Of a stretch of DNA of 64,000 nt, positions 41,709-54,752 are shown one piece after another. Under the pieces are notes generated by a model. It was given only the letters and a program-made list of their open reading frames with translations, ran no database searches and was not told the origin of the DNA. Each line of letters begins with the position of its first letter. The first letter of the stretch is position 1. This stretch comes from Auanema rhodensis (taxonomy: Eukaryota; Animalia; Nematoda): the NCBI GenBank assembly GCA_964057225.1, contig OZ059895.1, positions 9,300,001-9,364,000 of the forward strand, given 5' to 3'. Both the position numbers and the translations under genes were made by a program.

Positions 41709-43505
41709 TTAACGATGTAGAGCTCTAGGACCTTTCCTAATTTCATTGCTTGGTGGTCTTAAAAGTCTAGCAGCTCTCATTGATCCGGTTTTCACTGCTT
41801 CATCAACCGAGCATTGAACAATATCACACCCTAATGCACTTAATATCTTAAAAATCAACCGTTACACAGTAAACGACAAAAACGTTAGTTACCCTTTCGA
41901 TAAACGAAGGTGGAAGTTTAATTTGCTGTTGCCACGAGTTGATAGGAAGTGAATGACTTGGATCTCAAATATGGAATATTAGTTTCGCAAAAGATTATTT
42001 TTGTACTTAGAGTTAGACAAAGAGCAAGAGTATGAGCAACTAGGCGTTCCTTCTGTTGAGAAGAAATTTGCACTCTCTGTTGTGATTTGTTCCTGACACC
42101 TCGATCAAACTCGGTACCTTAAAAGTTTAATAAAGATGTAAGCAAAACTGATAAAATTATGTTTACTAAGATAATCGACCAGAACTTTTTGAACGATTCC
42201 CTCTGGGAAAGGAGTTTCATCGATAGATTTCTTAGTAAGTGACTTTCCTTTTCCCAGCAACTATAAATATAATAAAATTTTTTGAACATATAATAAAACA
42301 AACAATTATAAAATAAGTCATACAGCCGAGTAAAACAAATGATACGCATCGCTCTGGATCATTGTTTACAGAACTAGGCATGAACTTAGCAATTATTTCA
42401 GGGAAACCTTTAATGAATTTAAAATTATTAATAGTAGTGTAATAACCCAACTGACCAGCAGTAATAAGGTCAGCACGTTTCACACTCAAATACTCAGAAG
42501 CTATAGAATGGAAACTCTCTATCTCATAGGATGATATGAACAAAGAAATAGGATATATATCCCTAGGCAATTCAGCCTGAACAGCTAGAGGCAAAATAGC
42601 TGATTGAGCCTAAAGTTTTTTTATGAATAAAAATTGAAACCATATAGTTTACTTTGGAAATAAGGGAAATTTGATCACGCTTTATCTCTTCCTTACTATT
42701 CAACACAGAAGTAGAAGCAAAAGCAGTTTTCAGCATAGCTTCAAGAGTTGCCTACAAGAAAATGGTTTGAGTAGTATTAAAATAAAAACATTACATCGTT
42801 AATAGAACGCTTCAATGCAGCTTCTTGAGTCTTCATTTTTTTCACAGATCCAAAATCATTAGTTAAAAGATTTTTCTTGGCCATCTGATCCTCAAGGTTT
42901 ATAGCATAGTTCTGTGAATAATCCACGAAAGGAGGTTTTCTATAATGAATAAGATTGAAAAACAAATAGAATTCAAGCTGATCAGTACCTGGTCCCAATG
43001 ACGTATTCCGGCTCAGGAGCATATTCTGTTTGAAAATTATATAGAAGAGCAGGGCGATAAGTAATAGCTCCAGTAGTTCTGAGAAAAGAAATACATTTTT
43101 ACATAAATATATCTACATACTTGTCGACTATAGCCACAGCATAATCAAAGCCTTCCTCAATACTATTCACTTCATTTCCTATCGTGATGACATTCTGAGA
43201 ACCAGATTCCTAAAATAAATTTTTATGTACATAATGAATATATTATGCTTCTAATACCTCTGTTCGAACAGTATAAACAGGTATCTTGACCTTGCTTTCT
43301 GTGGGAACATGTTTAACAAATCTCAAGTTTGATGAAGAAACGGGAGTATTATGTTGGAACATAGCAACAATATCACAATTTACGCCATCTTAATGTCACT
43401 AATTATACTAATATCAATAGCTAACAAACATGATGTTCCTAAAGTACTCTTTCTTTTTAATCGAGTTCTCTCTTGTCTACGCTTCTCCACATCCTCGTGG
43501 CTCAT
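41709..43505 (-). CDS. POLR1E: RNA polymerase I subunit RPA49/PAF53
   Basis: AKKNLLTNDFGSVKKMK, SAILPLAVQAELPRDIYPIS, QKERLVAHTLALCLTL, ILSALGCDI, RAARLLRPP follow the RPA49 motif order. Confidence 0.75.
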
Positions 43506-43682
43506 TCTAAGAATGCAAATGTTAGAACTAAATTAAAATTAAGAAAAGATAATAGGTTATAAACCAATTAGAAGAAAAAAATAGGACATATTAAATAATT
43601 TTTTGAATAGCATGATAACAAAATTATGAAAGACAATTCGAATACACAGAGATCAGAAAATTAAGTAATTAACTGAATGGCA

Positions 43683-44929
43683 TTATTGTTGAGAGTGCAT
43701 TTGTACAATCTGGACACCAGGTGGAAGCTGCATGTGACTTATATCAAATGATATGGATGGATCTGCTGAAAAAGGAAGAGTGTAAGAAGACAAATTAACA
43801 TACTTAAAGGAATAGGTTGTCCGATGGCAGTAGCATGTAATACTTGTCCATTATCTAATTGAATAACATTATTTCCCGATGTTTCGCAATCTGCCATGAC
43901 ATATTGAATAGGTTGTTGAGGTGAAGCTGTAGCATTACCATTGTCATCATTGGAATATTGAGCCAACTTTACAATCTTTAATTGTAAGAATAACATTGTT
44001 CATACTTATGTTTTACCTGATTACGCCTTGATTCATCACGAGGAACTATGTCTATTAAAAAATCGAATGCTTCCGATCGACTGCAAGCAGCAACAATGTC
44101 ACACTAACATGAATAATAAGATAAAACAATTCAAACCAAAATACCTTTTGAAGAGTTTTTCTTCTTCCCTCATCTACTAAATGCCATGCTCTCAATGTTA
44201 TTTCTTGGATAAACATTTCTGCAGCTGCTGAAAGAACCAAAGGAGCATCGCCACTTATCATCTGATTATAAAAATAATAAATAATAATTGAATTAATTAA
44301 AAAACCTGATTCCTAACAGAATCATCTAATTTCATTATTTTTTTAACTCTAGCCATGGGTAACTCCATATGCCTCACATACGACCTAACTTCATCCTAAA
44401 ATGCATTATTTAAAAGCATTATATTTATAATTTTTTACCTCTGTCATGGCGTCGTATTTCCTCTTCCTAGATGGCCAGAAATCGCGCAACAATGTCTTAA
44501 CATCAAAAGATTTTTCAGCATGTGATGGAACTAGCTTTGATATATGGAACTACTGCAGAAGTTAGTAACGAGTTAAAATACTTACTGTTTGCGATACACC
44601 CCGTGAGGATGAAGGATTTACACTCTCTGTATTACAATTACTTTCTTCAAGTATAACTTCCCTGGCAGTACCCTAACCGTGTAAATAAAATTAAAAAACG
44701 AAGAGAAAATAAATGGCAAACCTGTGTAGATATAGTCATATCCTCACCATTTTCATTCAAAATACACATACCATCTTCCATTTCCAAAGGCGGAAAATGC
44801 TGCAAAATATTTTTATAATGATGTTAGGGTAGTTTCCGTGCAAACCTGACTAACATAAGAAACTGTTTGTACAATGATAGGGCCATTATTATGATTATCC
44901 ACTTTCCGATTATTACTTAGGGAGTTCAT
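43683..44929 (-). CDS. nfyc-1: Nuclear transcription factor Y subunit C
   Basis: Histone fold ELPMARVKKIMKLDD...MISGDAPLVLSAAAEMFIQEITLRAW...RRKTLQKCDIVAACSRSEAFDFLIDIVPR plus Q-rich tail. Confidence 0.9.
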
Positions 44930-45588
44930 ACTAAATTTATAACAGCATTAGAATTTTAAATAACTAAAATAATGTCCAGTTTTAGAATACTGTAAATTTT
45001 TATTATTTAATTCGGTTCCGGGAATATTTAAAGATGAGGTTTTAATCTTAAATTGCTTTCACACAGCTAAGAAGAATTTATCATTGGAGCGCGATTACGC
45101 ATGCTTTTATTTTGTATGAATGCCATATGTAAAACTTGAAATTTTTCACAGAGTTATGAAAACAAAGCTTGCTATTTAATGTGATTGTCATTTGTAGTAT
45201 GATCTTGGAGTATTATTAACATTTTGAAAAAAAACATATTTTTTGAAGGCTCTAAAACTTGAATAATTCTTCATTCCATATGGAAATCCTTGTTATTTTC
45301 TCAATGGATATAAATTTTAAGAATATCAACATAAAAAAATACTAAAATGAAATTTAAAGGCATTTATGAGGTATATGACGCCATATCATATTATACTATA
45401 AATTCAACAAACGAAAAATCATTTTGTATTATATTCATTTTCATTCACAATATGGGGAATCGTTTCGTGGATATTTTATTGTAATTATCTTATAATCATC
45501 ATAACAATGCACGAAAAAAAAAGAACAACCATTGCTCAATTTAGATTGCATTTCAATCAAAGCATATAAAGACGAAAAATAGTAGAAA

Positions 45589-47588
45589 TTATGATAAAAT
45601 AATAGTTTTGACACGGCTACGTTGTTCCTTAAAAGCAAGGCATTGCTCTATTAACTCAATCAAATTCCGATCCGAGAGCGAACGAATTCGCTTATCAAGA
45701 TTTCTAAAATTTTAAAAATTTGTCTTCAATTTCACAAATCGTATTTACTTGTACTCTTCTAATTCCAGCAGTTGTTCAGGTTTTCTGAGCTCGTCTGTTC
45801 GCCTCGATAGTTCAGAGAGAGTCATTGATTTCATAACCGGTAAATTGAAAACTATCGATAGAAATAATAAATCCAATACAAGAGACGTAACTAGATCTTT
45901 TTTCTATAAAAACAATATTAACAATATTTAAAATAGAATACTGAAATGTTACTACCGTGTTCAATTCACCGCATAAATATCGTTCACAAGCTCGTTTCAA
46001 AACAGGCAGATCATTAAGTTCGGCATCAATCAAAAAATCAACAAAATCTTCAACATATTCCATATCTGAGAGCACAACCTTTGTGAAATAAATATTTGCC
46101 AAAAGCTGAAATAATACTCATTAGAAGATTTTATTGTAAACTATAGATAACATCGTGAATATGTTCTTTGCTGGTTTCTGTGCATTCGAAACACCTTTGA
46201 TCTTCATCACTAGTTTCTCCATCCTATAATGCAAAGAAAAAACTATAGAAAGAAAATAATTTTTTTTGTCAAAAGAAACTGATGGAAGAGGACAAAAAAC
46301 GTTTATAGGTGTAGAAACCTCTGCTTCAGTTTCATCTTCTGTTTTACTATCATAGAGAAAGGAGCTCCGTCGTCTATCACACGAATCACAGCATGCTATC
46401 AAAATCTGAAATAAATGAAATGCGGACACAACCTATGTAAGTTCAATACTTTTTTAAACACATGTTCATGATCTCGTTCCATTAATAAGGATCCACGCCT
46501 AGATGAAGTACCAGCAGGGGAACTCACTTTCAGACAATTTGTGCTTTTCTGAAAGCTGTTTCAATGATCCAATGGTTATAAAGAATATGCAGTAACAAAC
46601 CTCCATTTGCATTATTTCTTCAAATTTTTTCTCATAATCGATTTTTTCCTTCCGACTTATTTTATCTTCATCTTTGTATTTTCTAAAGTTGAATTTTATT
46701 ACATTTTGATTAATTACTACAGAATCCAAATATATTAATCAATACCTTTTTGAACGTCTCTTCCAAATCTTACTATTCACACGCGCATTATAATTTGTTG
46801 TCAAAAATGATTTTTGAGGAGTTGGATTGACACTATCCAAATACGTGTAAGGATCGAAGAGTTTAGCATCCATTTTGATTAAGACTGATATTTTGATTGT
46901 TCTGTCCACATTTTCCTTTAATTCGATTATGTACTAACATATATTGCGTCGTCGATATTACCATAATATACTGTGAAATCGCTGCTCTATCTTTGTCTGT
47001 TATTTCTGCCCCTTTTCCTCTTTGCATAGTTATAGACTTTCCTGAAAATAAATAGAAATTTCAAATTGTTCTTGGAAGAGGACTGACTTTCTTCTACGAT
47101 GTGTTCTGTTTCATCAGTAGTTGATTCTGATCTGTTAATTCCCACAACAGCTCTGATGTCAATCTTAGCAACATTGAGCAATAAACCATTTGAAAAATAT
47201 ATAAGAATTTTTACCTGACTAACCGGGCCCTCAGCTAAATATAAATCAACTGCAGCATAATTAATAGGGGAAAAATCTTCTTCATCCTGTTCATCGTCCG
47301 AAGTGGAAAGCTATATGAATATACAAACATTTAAAGAAAAAATTCAGTGAACTTATACCTTTCCAGTTGTTCCGTGTATTTTCATACTCCACTGAAACGA
47401 TATGTGGTCATATACTGTAGCAAACTTTGGTGATATAACCAATATAACTGATTCGTCCTCAGATAAATGTCTTTTTGTAACCTTTGAAGTCAATTAATGT
47501 ATTTTAGAAAACAAATATCTACCTTAGTCACCCATACGTATCGGAATGATATTCGTTGTGTTGGAGATGCAGTGGAAGTCGACGCCAT
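45589..47588 (-). CDS. MATH-like/BTB-BACK-like domain protein
   Basis: N-terminal FRYVWVTK...SPKFATVY...FQWSMKIHG...AAVDLYL; C-terminal DFLIDAELNDLPVLKRACERYL typical of the BTB C-terminus. Confidence 0.65.
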
Positions 47589-47921
47589 TAATATAATCTA
47601 GATAAAGAAGACAAAAATATTTTACCAAAACAATTTATTTTAAAAAATTGATGAAAAAAAGAAAAAAAATGATGTGTTAACATCGTTTAGTTATACTCAA
47701 CAGGAGATGAACAATTATTCATGTGGTTATAACAGAGAGAACTCATGCATGTTCTAAATGCAGAATGCAAATGATACAGCAACACAATGCGCATAACTTA
47801 ACATAACAGTCTTCAACAAAACAGACCGTAGACCCTCTAAACCATGATAAACGAACTCTCTCTCTGTTATTAATCAACAATAAAATTTATTATATTTTTC
47901 CCCAAGCAACCGGGTTATGAA

Positions 47922-49215
47922 TCAAAGATTAGGTATAGAGTAACCGAATAAAATAAAATCATAATAATACATTTTAATTAAAAGTTGCATATGGTATGTA
48001 TTCTCCCGAATAGCTCGAGCCACTTCATGGCGTTCAGGTAAATCTACCGTACTATGACTAGTTCGATTACTTGAAAGTGATTCCTCTAAAAACCATTATC
48101 ATAAGAGATGATAACAATTAAAAAATGATATACTTATGAAGTTTAATGCTTCAGTAGAAACATCTTTTTTATTCAGTTCTTCATAGAAAACTTCAAAAAA
48201 CTGGGTGGGATCTTCAGAATCGTAATGAATTATATTATAATGATGAAAATGAGAATAGAACTCACACCTCCTGAAATTTAATTATTTACTCCCACTTGTA
48301 GGCGGGATGACTATACCAATTTTGAGGATGAAAATGATCGTCATCAAAGTTTGCTGATATTTTTTGGTTGTTGGATTTCCTTATCATTCTATCATATTGC
48401 CTTTCCATGAAACATGTTAAATTACGCTTACAGCCGTTACAACGATCAGGATATTTTTTCCAAGTTTGCTCTCTGAAATTAAAAAAATTGAAATAATTCA
48501 ATTCAAAATTGGTAAGAGCCAGATTTTATTACATTAGACATTTGTCAGTAAATCCAGAGACAAACCGTTTAAAAGGATCTCTAACTATAACCAACCAACT
48601 CCAAGCTTTCCATTGAATCTATTAAAAAGTTAAAGTCAATAATCGAAACAATAATGAATGTCTACATTGGTAGTTATGTTAAAAGTTGCAGTTATATCAT
48701 GCAGCCAGGAATACTCGTTCTTAGAACCACAAAATCTTTAATTAAAAAACTTTTTACAGCAGATATTTTGCTTTTACCTTCGTTGAAAAATTTCATTTAC
48801 CAATTTTCGTTTACTTTTCCTATATTTTAGTTCATTATGCAGAAAGCAAAGAATTGCTGTTAACATCGTTGAAAAGTTCTTGTCAATGGCACATCCAACT
48901 AATTTGTATTTTGATGCTACCTTAATGATATGTGAAAAAATCTTTCAACTAAAAATATACCCTATAACGTTGTTTAAAAGCGATGAAGGGTTTGACACAA
49001 CTATTATAATTGGGCCCTGAGCAGTAATTAAGGGATTCGGTAGTAGAACAATTTTTTGCTGAATTTATTTTAGAAATATTTCAAAGGTACGATATAAGCA
49101 AACCTCTTATCGAATTAGAGGAAAATATATGGGAATCATAACTCCAAAGAATGTAAAGAAGTACAATACAAAACAATGAGTTGAGAGCTAACCGACTACT
49201 ATTCAGGAGCTTCAT
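47922..49215 (-). CDS. Golgi type-II carbohydrate sulfotransferase (Sulfotransfer_2 family)
   Basis: N-terminal TM segment, 5'-PSB-like CAIDKNFSTML, 3'-PB VRDPFKRFVSGFTDKC, DDHFHPQNWRC, C-terminal MYYYDFILFGY. Confidence 0.85.
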
Positions 49216-49601
49216 TATGGTCGAATCAGAGGGATTAAACAACTTCTTGTTTGTTCCCAAACGTATCGTAAAGTTATTGATTGAACTAGGTTTCATGCCA
49301 CGCTAATATCCCGTAGCTCTAAATACTAGTTTCAGGTAGAAGTAAAGATTTTGAATTTTGTTCTTTCATTACTTTGGATAACAGAGTGCAAAGTTTATGA
49401 TATTAATCAAAGGTAGCATGAGAACTATTTATCTTTCAAATATCCCGTTTTACTCATTAGGCCAAATGAAATTCTACGTTTCTGCTACGATTGGCTCTTT
49501 CCTATTTCCAGAATAACCATTGTACTATAAGAACATCCTCTTCTAAGATGTTTCCATAAAACTTTGTATGGCGTAGACTATTTTTTCTTATTAATTGTTT
49601 A

Positions 49602-49727
49602 ATAGAGGCTTGAAAGTTTTAAAAGTTCGCAAACCATGATTAAACTCAAGTAATCGTCAACTGAGCTGATCAGATGATCTTTCTCCCAAGGCACTAAATG
49701 ACTTTCACAAGTTGGAATAACAGCTAA
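49602..49727 (-). pseudogene. Inverted partial copy of exon 3/intron 3 of the adjacent Skp1-like gene
   Basis: Reverse complement aligns to 50486-50611 with about 10 mismatches; translates AVIPTCESHLVPWEKDHLISSVDDYLSLIM. Confidence 0.88.
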
Positions 49728-50092
49728 AAAACCATATTTAGGATAAAAAAAGATTTTGAGAGTTTACGAAGAAATTGACACGCCCATTTTCAAATACGCT
49801 TTTCTGCAAGGTAAGTTTATTTTATCAATTTGCATATTCAATCGATATAACTTAAATATTCAGTCGATATAACTTATAAAATCATTAAAAGAGTTAATTA
49901 ATTATATTTATTCAGACAGAACGTTTTATTTAATTCTGTATCTAGAATTTTTTTCTGAATATTTAAGTTATATCGATTGAATATGCAAATTGATAAAATA
50001 AACTTACCTTGCAGAAAAGCGTATTTGAAAATGGGCGTGTCAATTTCTTCGTAAACTCTCAAAATCTTTTTTTATCCTAAATATGGTTTTTT
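49726..50092. repeat. Perfect 138-bp inverted repeat (arms 49726-49863 and 49955-50092, 91-bp spacer)
   Basis: Base-by-base reverse-complement match with no mismatch found. Confidence 0.95.
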
Positions 50093-50167
50093 TGATGATT
50101 TGTAAAATGTTTACGTTATTATTATTGTAGTTTTAAAATAATTCATCGTTTAGAAAAAATCCTAATA

Positions 50168-50777
50168 ATGTCAAAAAGTCAGAACGTAAGAGATGTTTTT
50201 AAATTGTCATCTTCTGATTCTGAAGTATTTTCCGTAAAGCGAGATCTTTTGAAGTATTCTAAAATTATAAACAGCATTATTGTGGTAAGAAATTTTATAA
50301 AGACAGATTGTTTTCTTTTTTATCTAGGAACTAGAGCTGGACGCTGATGATGAGGAAATGGCTCCAATTCATTTGGATGATGTTGATGGAGCTACTCTTA
50401 AGAAGGTACTGTGTTCTTCTTATGCGCGTACAATTTCTTGTTCTAGGTTTTGGAATGGTTAAATTTTCATGAAAAAGCAGGAACATTAGCTGTTATTCCA
50501 ACTTGTGAAAGTGATTTAGTACCTTGGGAAAAAAATCATCTGATCAGCTCAATTGATGATTACTTGAGTTTAATCATGGTTTGCGAACTTTTAAAATTTC
50601 TATGCCTCTATCAAATCCTTAGGCTTCTCGTTCCCTTGATATCCCTAAGCTGATAGCCGCTACTGATATAATTTTTGCTTCAATGCTTAATGTAATGATG
50701 TTTTTCAAATATTTAAAAAAATTTTGGTTCAGGAAAATACTCCGGAAGAATTGATGAAGAAACTATTGACTGTTTAA
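50168..50777 (+). CDS. Divergent Skp1-related (skr-like) protein (5 exons)
   Basis: FKLSSSDSEVFSV...YSKIINSII, PIHLDDVDGATLKKVLEWLNFH, LVPWEK, LIMASRSLDIPKL, ENTPEEL; ends early relative to canonical Skp1. Confidence 0.85.
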
Positions 50778-50893
50778 AGAAATCTGAAAGGTTGGACTTG
50801 TGAATATTGAACTGTTTGAATAAAATGAATTTATTAAATAAGTCAACAAGAACAAACAACTTATATACAAACTCGATGAAGCTGAGAATAGAT

Positions 50894-53800
50894 TCAACGT
50901 CTGCCGTTGTCGTATCCACGGTTTTCGTAACCACCGCGATTCTGATTATGATATCCTCCACCTCCTCTATTATTATGATGATATCCACCTACAACCAGCC
51001 GTAATCAAGCAGCAATTAAATATAAGAAAACCTCTTCCGCCACGATAATCATTACGGTTATCGCGATTATCGCGGTTATCACGATTTTGTCCATAGGATC
51101 GGTTGTATTGATTATCTCCATATTGTCCACCATGATTCTGGTAACCACCTCTACCACGATAACCTAAATTTTGATGACACACAGCTTATTACAACAGTTC
51201 AACCTCCGCCACGCCCTCTATAGTGATGATCGTCGCGCAACTCATGATTAAGTGAACGGTGTCCAGACTGATCCACATATCCTCGACCAGTGTTCCTGCT
51301 GAACCCTATCTGAGGTCTGTATTGCCCGCTCTAAAGGTTAATTCATAAATTCATAAACAATAAAATATGTTATATTACTCTATGATCATTCCAATCTTGA
51401 GGTTTCAATGTGCGTGGAAGTTCCGTTGCTGAAGCTATTTTTGTAGCAGGGAATATGAAACCTTCTGGATACAAAGGATCTTCGAAAATTGCCATTATGG
51501 CTCCATTACACTTTAAAATATTGAAATTTTAGCCTAATACCGTTGTGTACAGTTACCTTGAGATCAGGACATGATGCGTCCACAACAGGTGATTTAAAGG
51601 TAGCATCCGGCAGAACAGCAGTTGAATCAGCAATAATTTTTCCACTAAGTCCATAAGTGAACGTAGGATCGATATCAATGGATTTAGCACCTGAACATAT
51701 ATTGTAAACATGAATAATGAATAACATTTTTATAAACCTTCTTCTTTATATAAATCGTTGAATAGATTAAATGCGGAATGATGACGACCAATAAATAAAC
51801 GATTGGGACCAGTAGTATTTCGAGCTTTCTCCTCATCAGTTAAAGTTGGGTATACCTGAACACAATTGTTATCATTTGGAAGAAATTCCTAACATACTTT
51901 TTGCAAAGTTCTTAAGAGGCGTTGTTCATCAACAAAAGGAAGAAGTGCAACACCTTGCCAAGCATACTTCTTGCCATTTAAATCAATTCGGAAATCAATT
52001 GGATACAAGTCAATGATGGGAGAATCATTCTCTGTCATAAGTTTTTGCCATTCTACTGGCAGATGTTGCCTGGAGTTATGAATTAAGACAACGATTGTCA
52101 TATAAGTACTTACTTGCTAGCAGCTGGAAAAACGCTCATCAATTGTTCTAATGGTTTGAAAGGGTTTGTTGGCCTAGTGAAATCTGGCTTGAATTCCCCA
52201 ATTGTATCAAAATCGCTAGCAAACGGAGCATAGTGATATGGAAAATACCAATCCCAACTAGCACAACCTTGATAGTAATACTTAAGAACCCAGCACAATC
52301 CTTCAACATAAGCCCAAGCCACTTTTCTACGAAAAACGTCGTCATCGGAGCTAACTCCAAATTTAGCTCTGAATAGAACTTTTAGATTAATTTAAAAAAA
52401 AAAAGAACCTATAATATCTATCTTTCCAACCAGTTTCATATAGTCGAATATCATCCTTAGGCCCTTCTTCTTCGACTGCGTGAGGTGCAACTTCTTCCTG
52501 AGTAAATAAAATATATTAAGCTTCATATCACTGTGGTTACCTCTGCTCTTCTTTTGCGTGGATTGCTTTCATTTTTCGGACTCTCATCCTGTAGCATACT
52601 TTTCAAACGTTTGGCAGCTTCCTCGTTATCCGCATAATTCATTGCCTAAATATTATTTTTATTATACAAAAAAACACAAATAGTATCATACATCCATCCT
52701 AGCATCAGCAGCCATACCCCTGGTTATTTTGCCTGACATAGGAGCAGGAGCAGAAAGGGGGGCGAGCAAACTTCCCTCACCTGGCACGTAAGCTGGACGC
52801 TGTGGACGACCACCTGACATACGGGCTTTTTTAGCTCGCTGGTTCGCTTGGAACCTCATCTCATCTTCCTATTAAAAAAAATAAAAATTTTTTGAAAATT
52901 GGAATTTTCAAACCTGGCGTCTCTTAAATATTTCATCTTCAACTTCACCCAACCCATTCATAATCATCTGTACACGATCCATGTATACATCACCATCTTT
53001 AGTCAAATAACTGAAACATATATGAAAAAATACAAAATAAAAATAGAAGACTAATACCCATTCATTTTATACACCATATCCTTATATAAACGAATAAGGC
53101 GGTCAATAGCTCCTTCTCTAATCTCCAATGAGGGTAGATGTGGCAAGAAATCATTACCTACGAAGAAACATAGGAAGACCTGCAGATAAAAAACATAACT
53201 ATTATAAAATTAAAAAAACGAACCCAATCATCAATAACGCGTTCAATATCAAAAGTAAATGATAGATTTGCTAGGTACATATCACGCTCCAAATACTCTC
53301 TTAATACCGGAATACGCAGGAAAATGAAATTTTTTTCTTTTTGTATAGGATCAGCCTCATCTGGTCCATGTTCTTCATTTTCTAACCTGAAAAAGCAACA
53401 TTACTGAAAATATGGAGGTTATGGATATACCCTCTGCATCCTTTCAGGTCATGACCATATTGACCACATAATTCACACGGACGAGGTTGGTTAGGGACGA
53501 ATTCTTCCCTGTTTTTTATTACATATATGCGTATATATATATGTATATAAATACCTGATTATATTGAAATTCACTTCATGTGTTGCTAGACCAAGCATGA
53601 TTAAATCAGCATCGGCACCACATAAACAATGAACTGTATTTGGATTGTGTGCAGGATTAGATCTTTGTTTTCGGATAAACTCCATAATTTTATGCTCTCC
53701 TTCACCAGGAGCATTAGCATCAGACAAAATGACCTGAAGTGAACTCAATTATGAAAATAATTTAAAACTCCAAAACTACTTGTATGTTAGCCCAAGCGGC

Positions 53801-54578
53801 ATCATTTGTGATTCTATCATGAATATAATACGTCAAAGCATCTGCTAGTCTAGAAACAAAATCGTAGAAAAAAATGATTAAACAAAATACCTAGCCATGA
53901 AAGGAGTTCCTGGCGTGATACAGTTACTATCAAAATGTTGTTCATCAGCTTTCTGTGGGGGCAGAGGAAATCCTTCTGCTTCCAATCGTCTTCTTTGCTG
54001 CGAAACGTTCATACAGTTTTAAAATAAATTTAAAAGTACCTCGTCAATTGATGCTTTTTTTTCCACGGCTTCTTTTGAAGCGCGGAAGCGTCTACTACGT
54101 TGCTGATTCATCTAAATTACAAACCATAGAGACAATATTATGAAGGAACTTACTTTTGCTCTTGGAGCTACACCATCAATAGCCATATATAAAACTTTTC
54201 TGGGGCGAACAATAGAGAATATTCTATCTATATATTCAAAGATGAGAGCCTAAATTGGTAATTAATAAAATTTAAAAAAACGGAAAATTGCAACTCACAA
54301 ACATTTCATCTTCATTTTTGGGCGGTGGACGATCTTCAGGATGAGTACACGGATGAATGATACCATTCATATCCAGATAAAGGTTATCAAACTCCTTCAG
54401 TACAATATGAATATTTTTGTCTACAAATCATTGATCTTACCTGGAAATTCGGATTCGGCTTAGTGCAGTCGATTGGAATTTTAGTACCATCTGCATTTCT
54501 TTGCCTTTCTTCATTAGCATTGACAATAATAGAAGGATACTTTTTCGTTAACCAACGGAAGAATGCAGGTACACCCAT
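50894..54578 (-). CDS. xrn-2: 5'-3' exoribonuclease 2
   Basis: [84 protein letters not shown]; RGG-rich tail. Confidence 0.97.
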
Positions 54579-54752
54579 GATCTATTCTGAAACGAAAAAC
54601 AAAGATTAAAATAATTTTTCGATTAAGATATTTTTTCGAATTTTAAAAACATGATATCCGATAAAAATTTTAAAATAGAAAACCTGCCCGTTTTATACCC
54701 CTGTTATTAGTAATTCTCGTTGGGAAGAATAAACTTAGTTCTTTCCCTCGTT

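Noticed and set aside
49726-50092. Perfect inverted repeat as a standalone MITE
   Set aside because: No TSD is evident, and homology continues from the left arm into skr exon 3, which fits a local inverted duplication better. Not fully excluded without a genome-wide search.
50894-51230. RGG/RDN repeats as a novel element
   Set aside because: Ordinary low-complexity C-terminal tail of XRN2.
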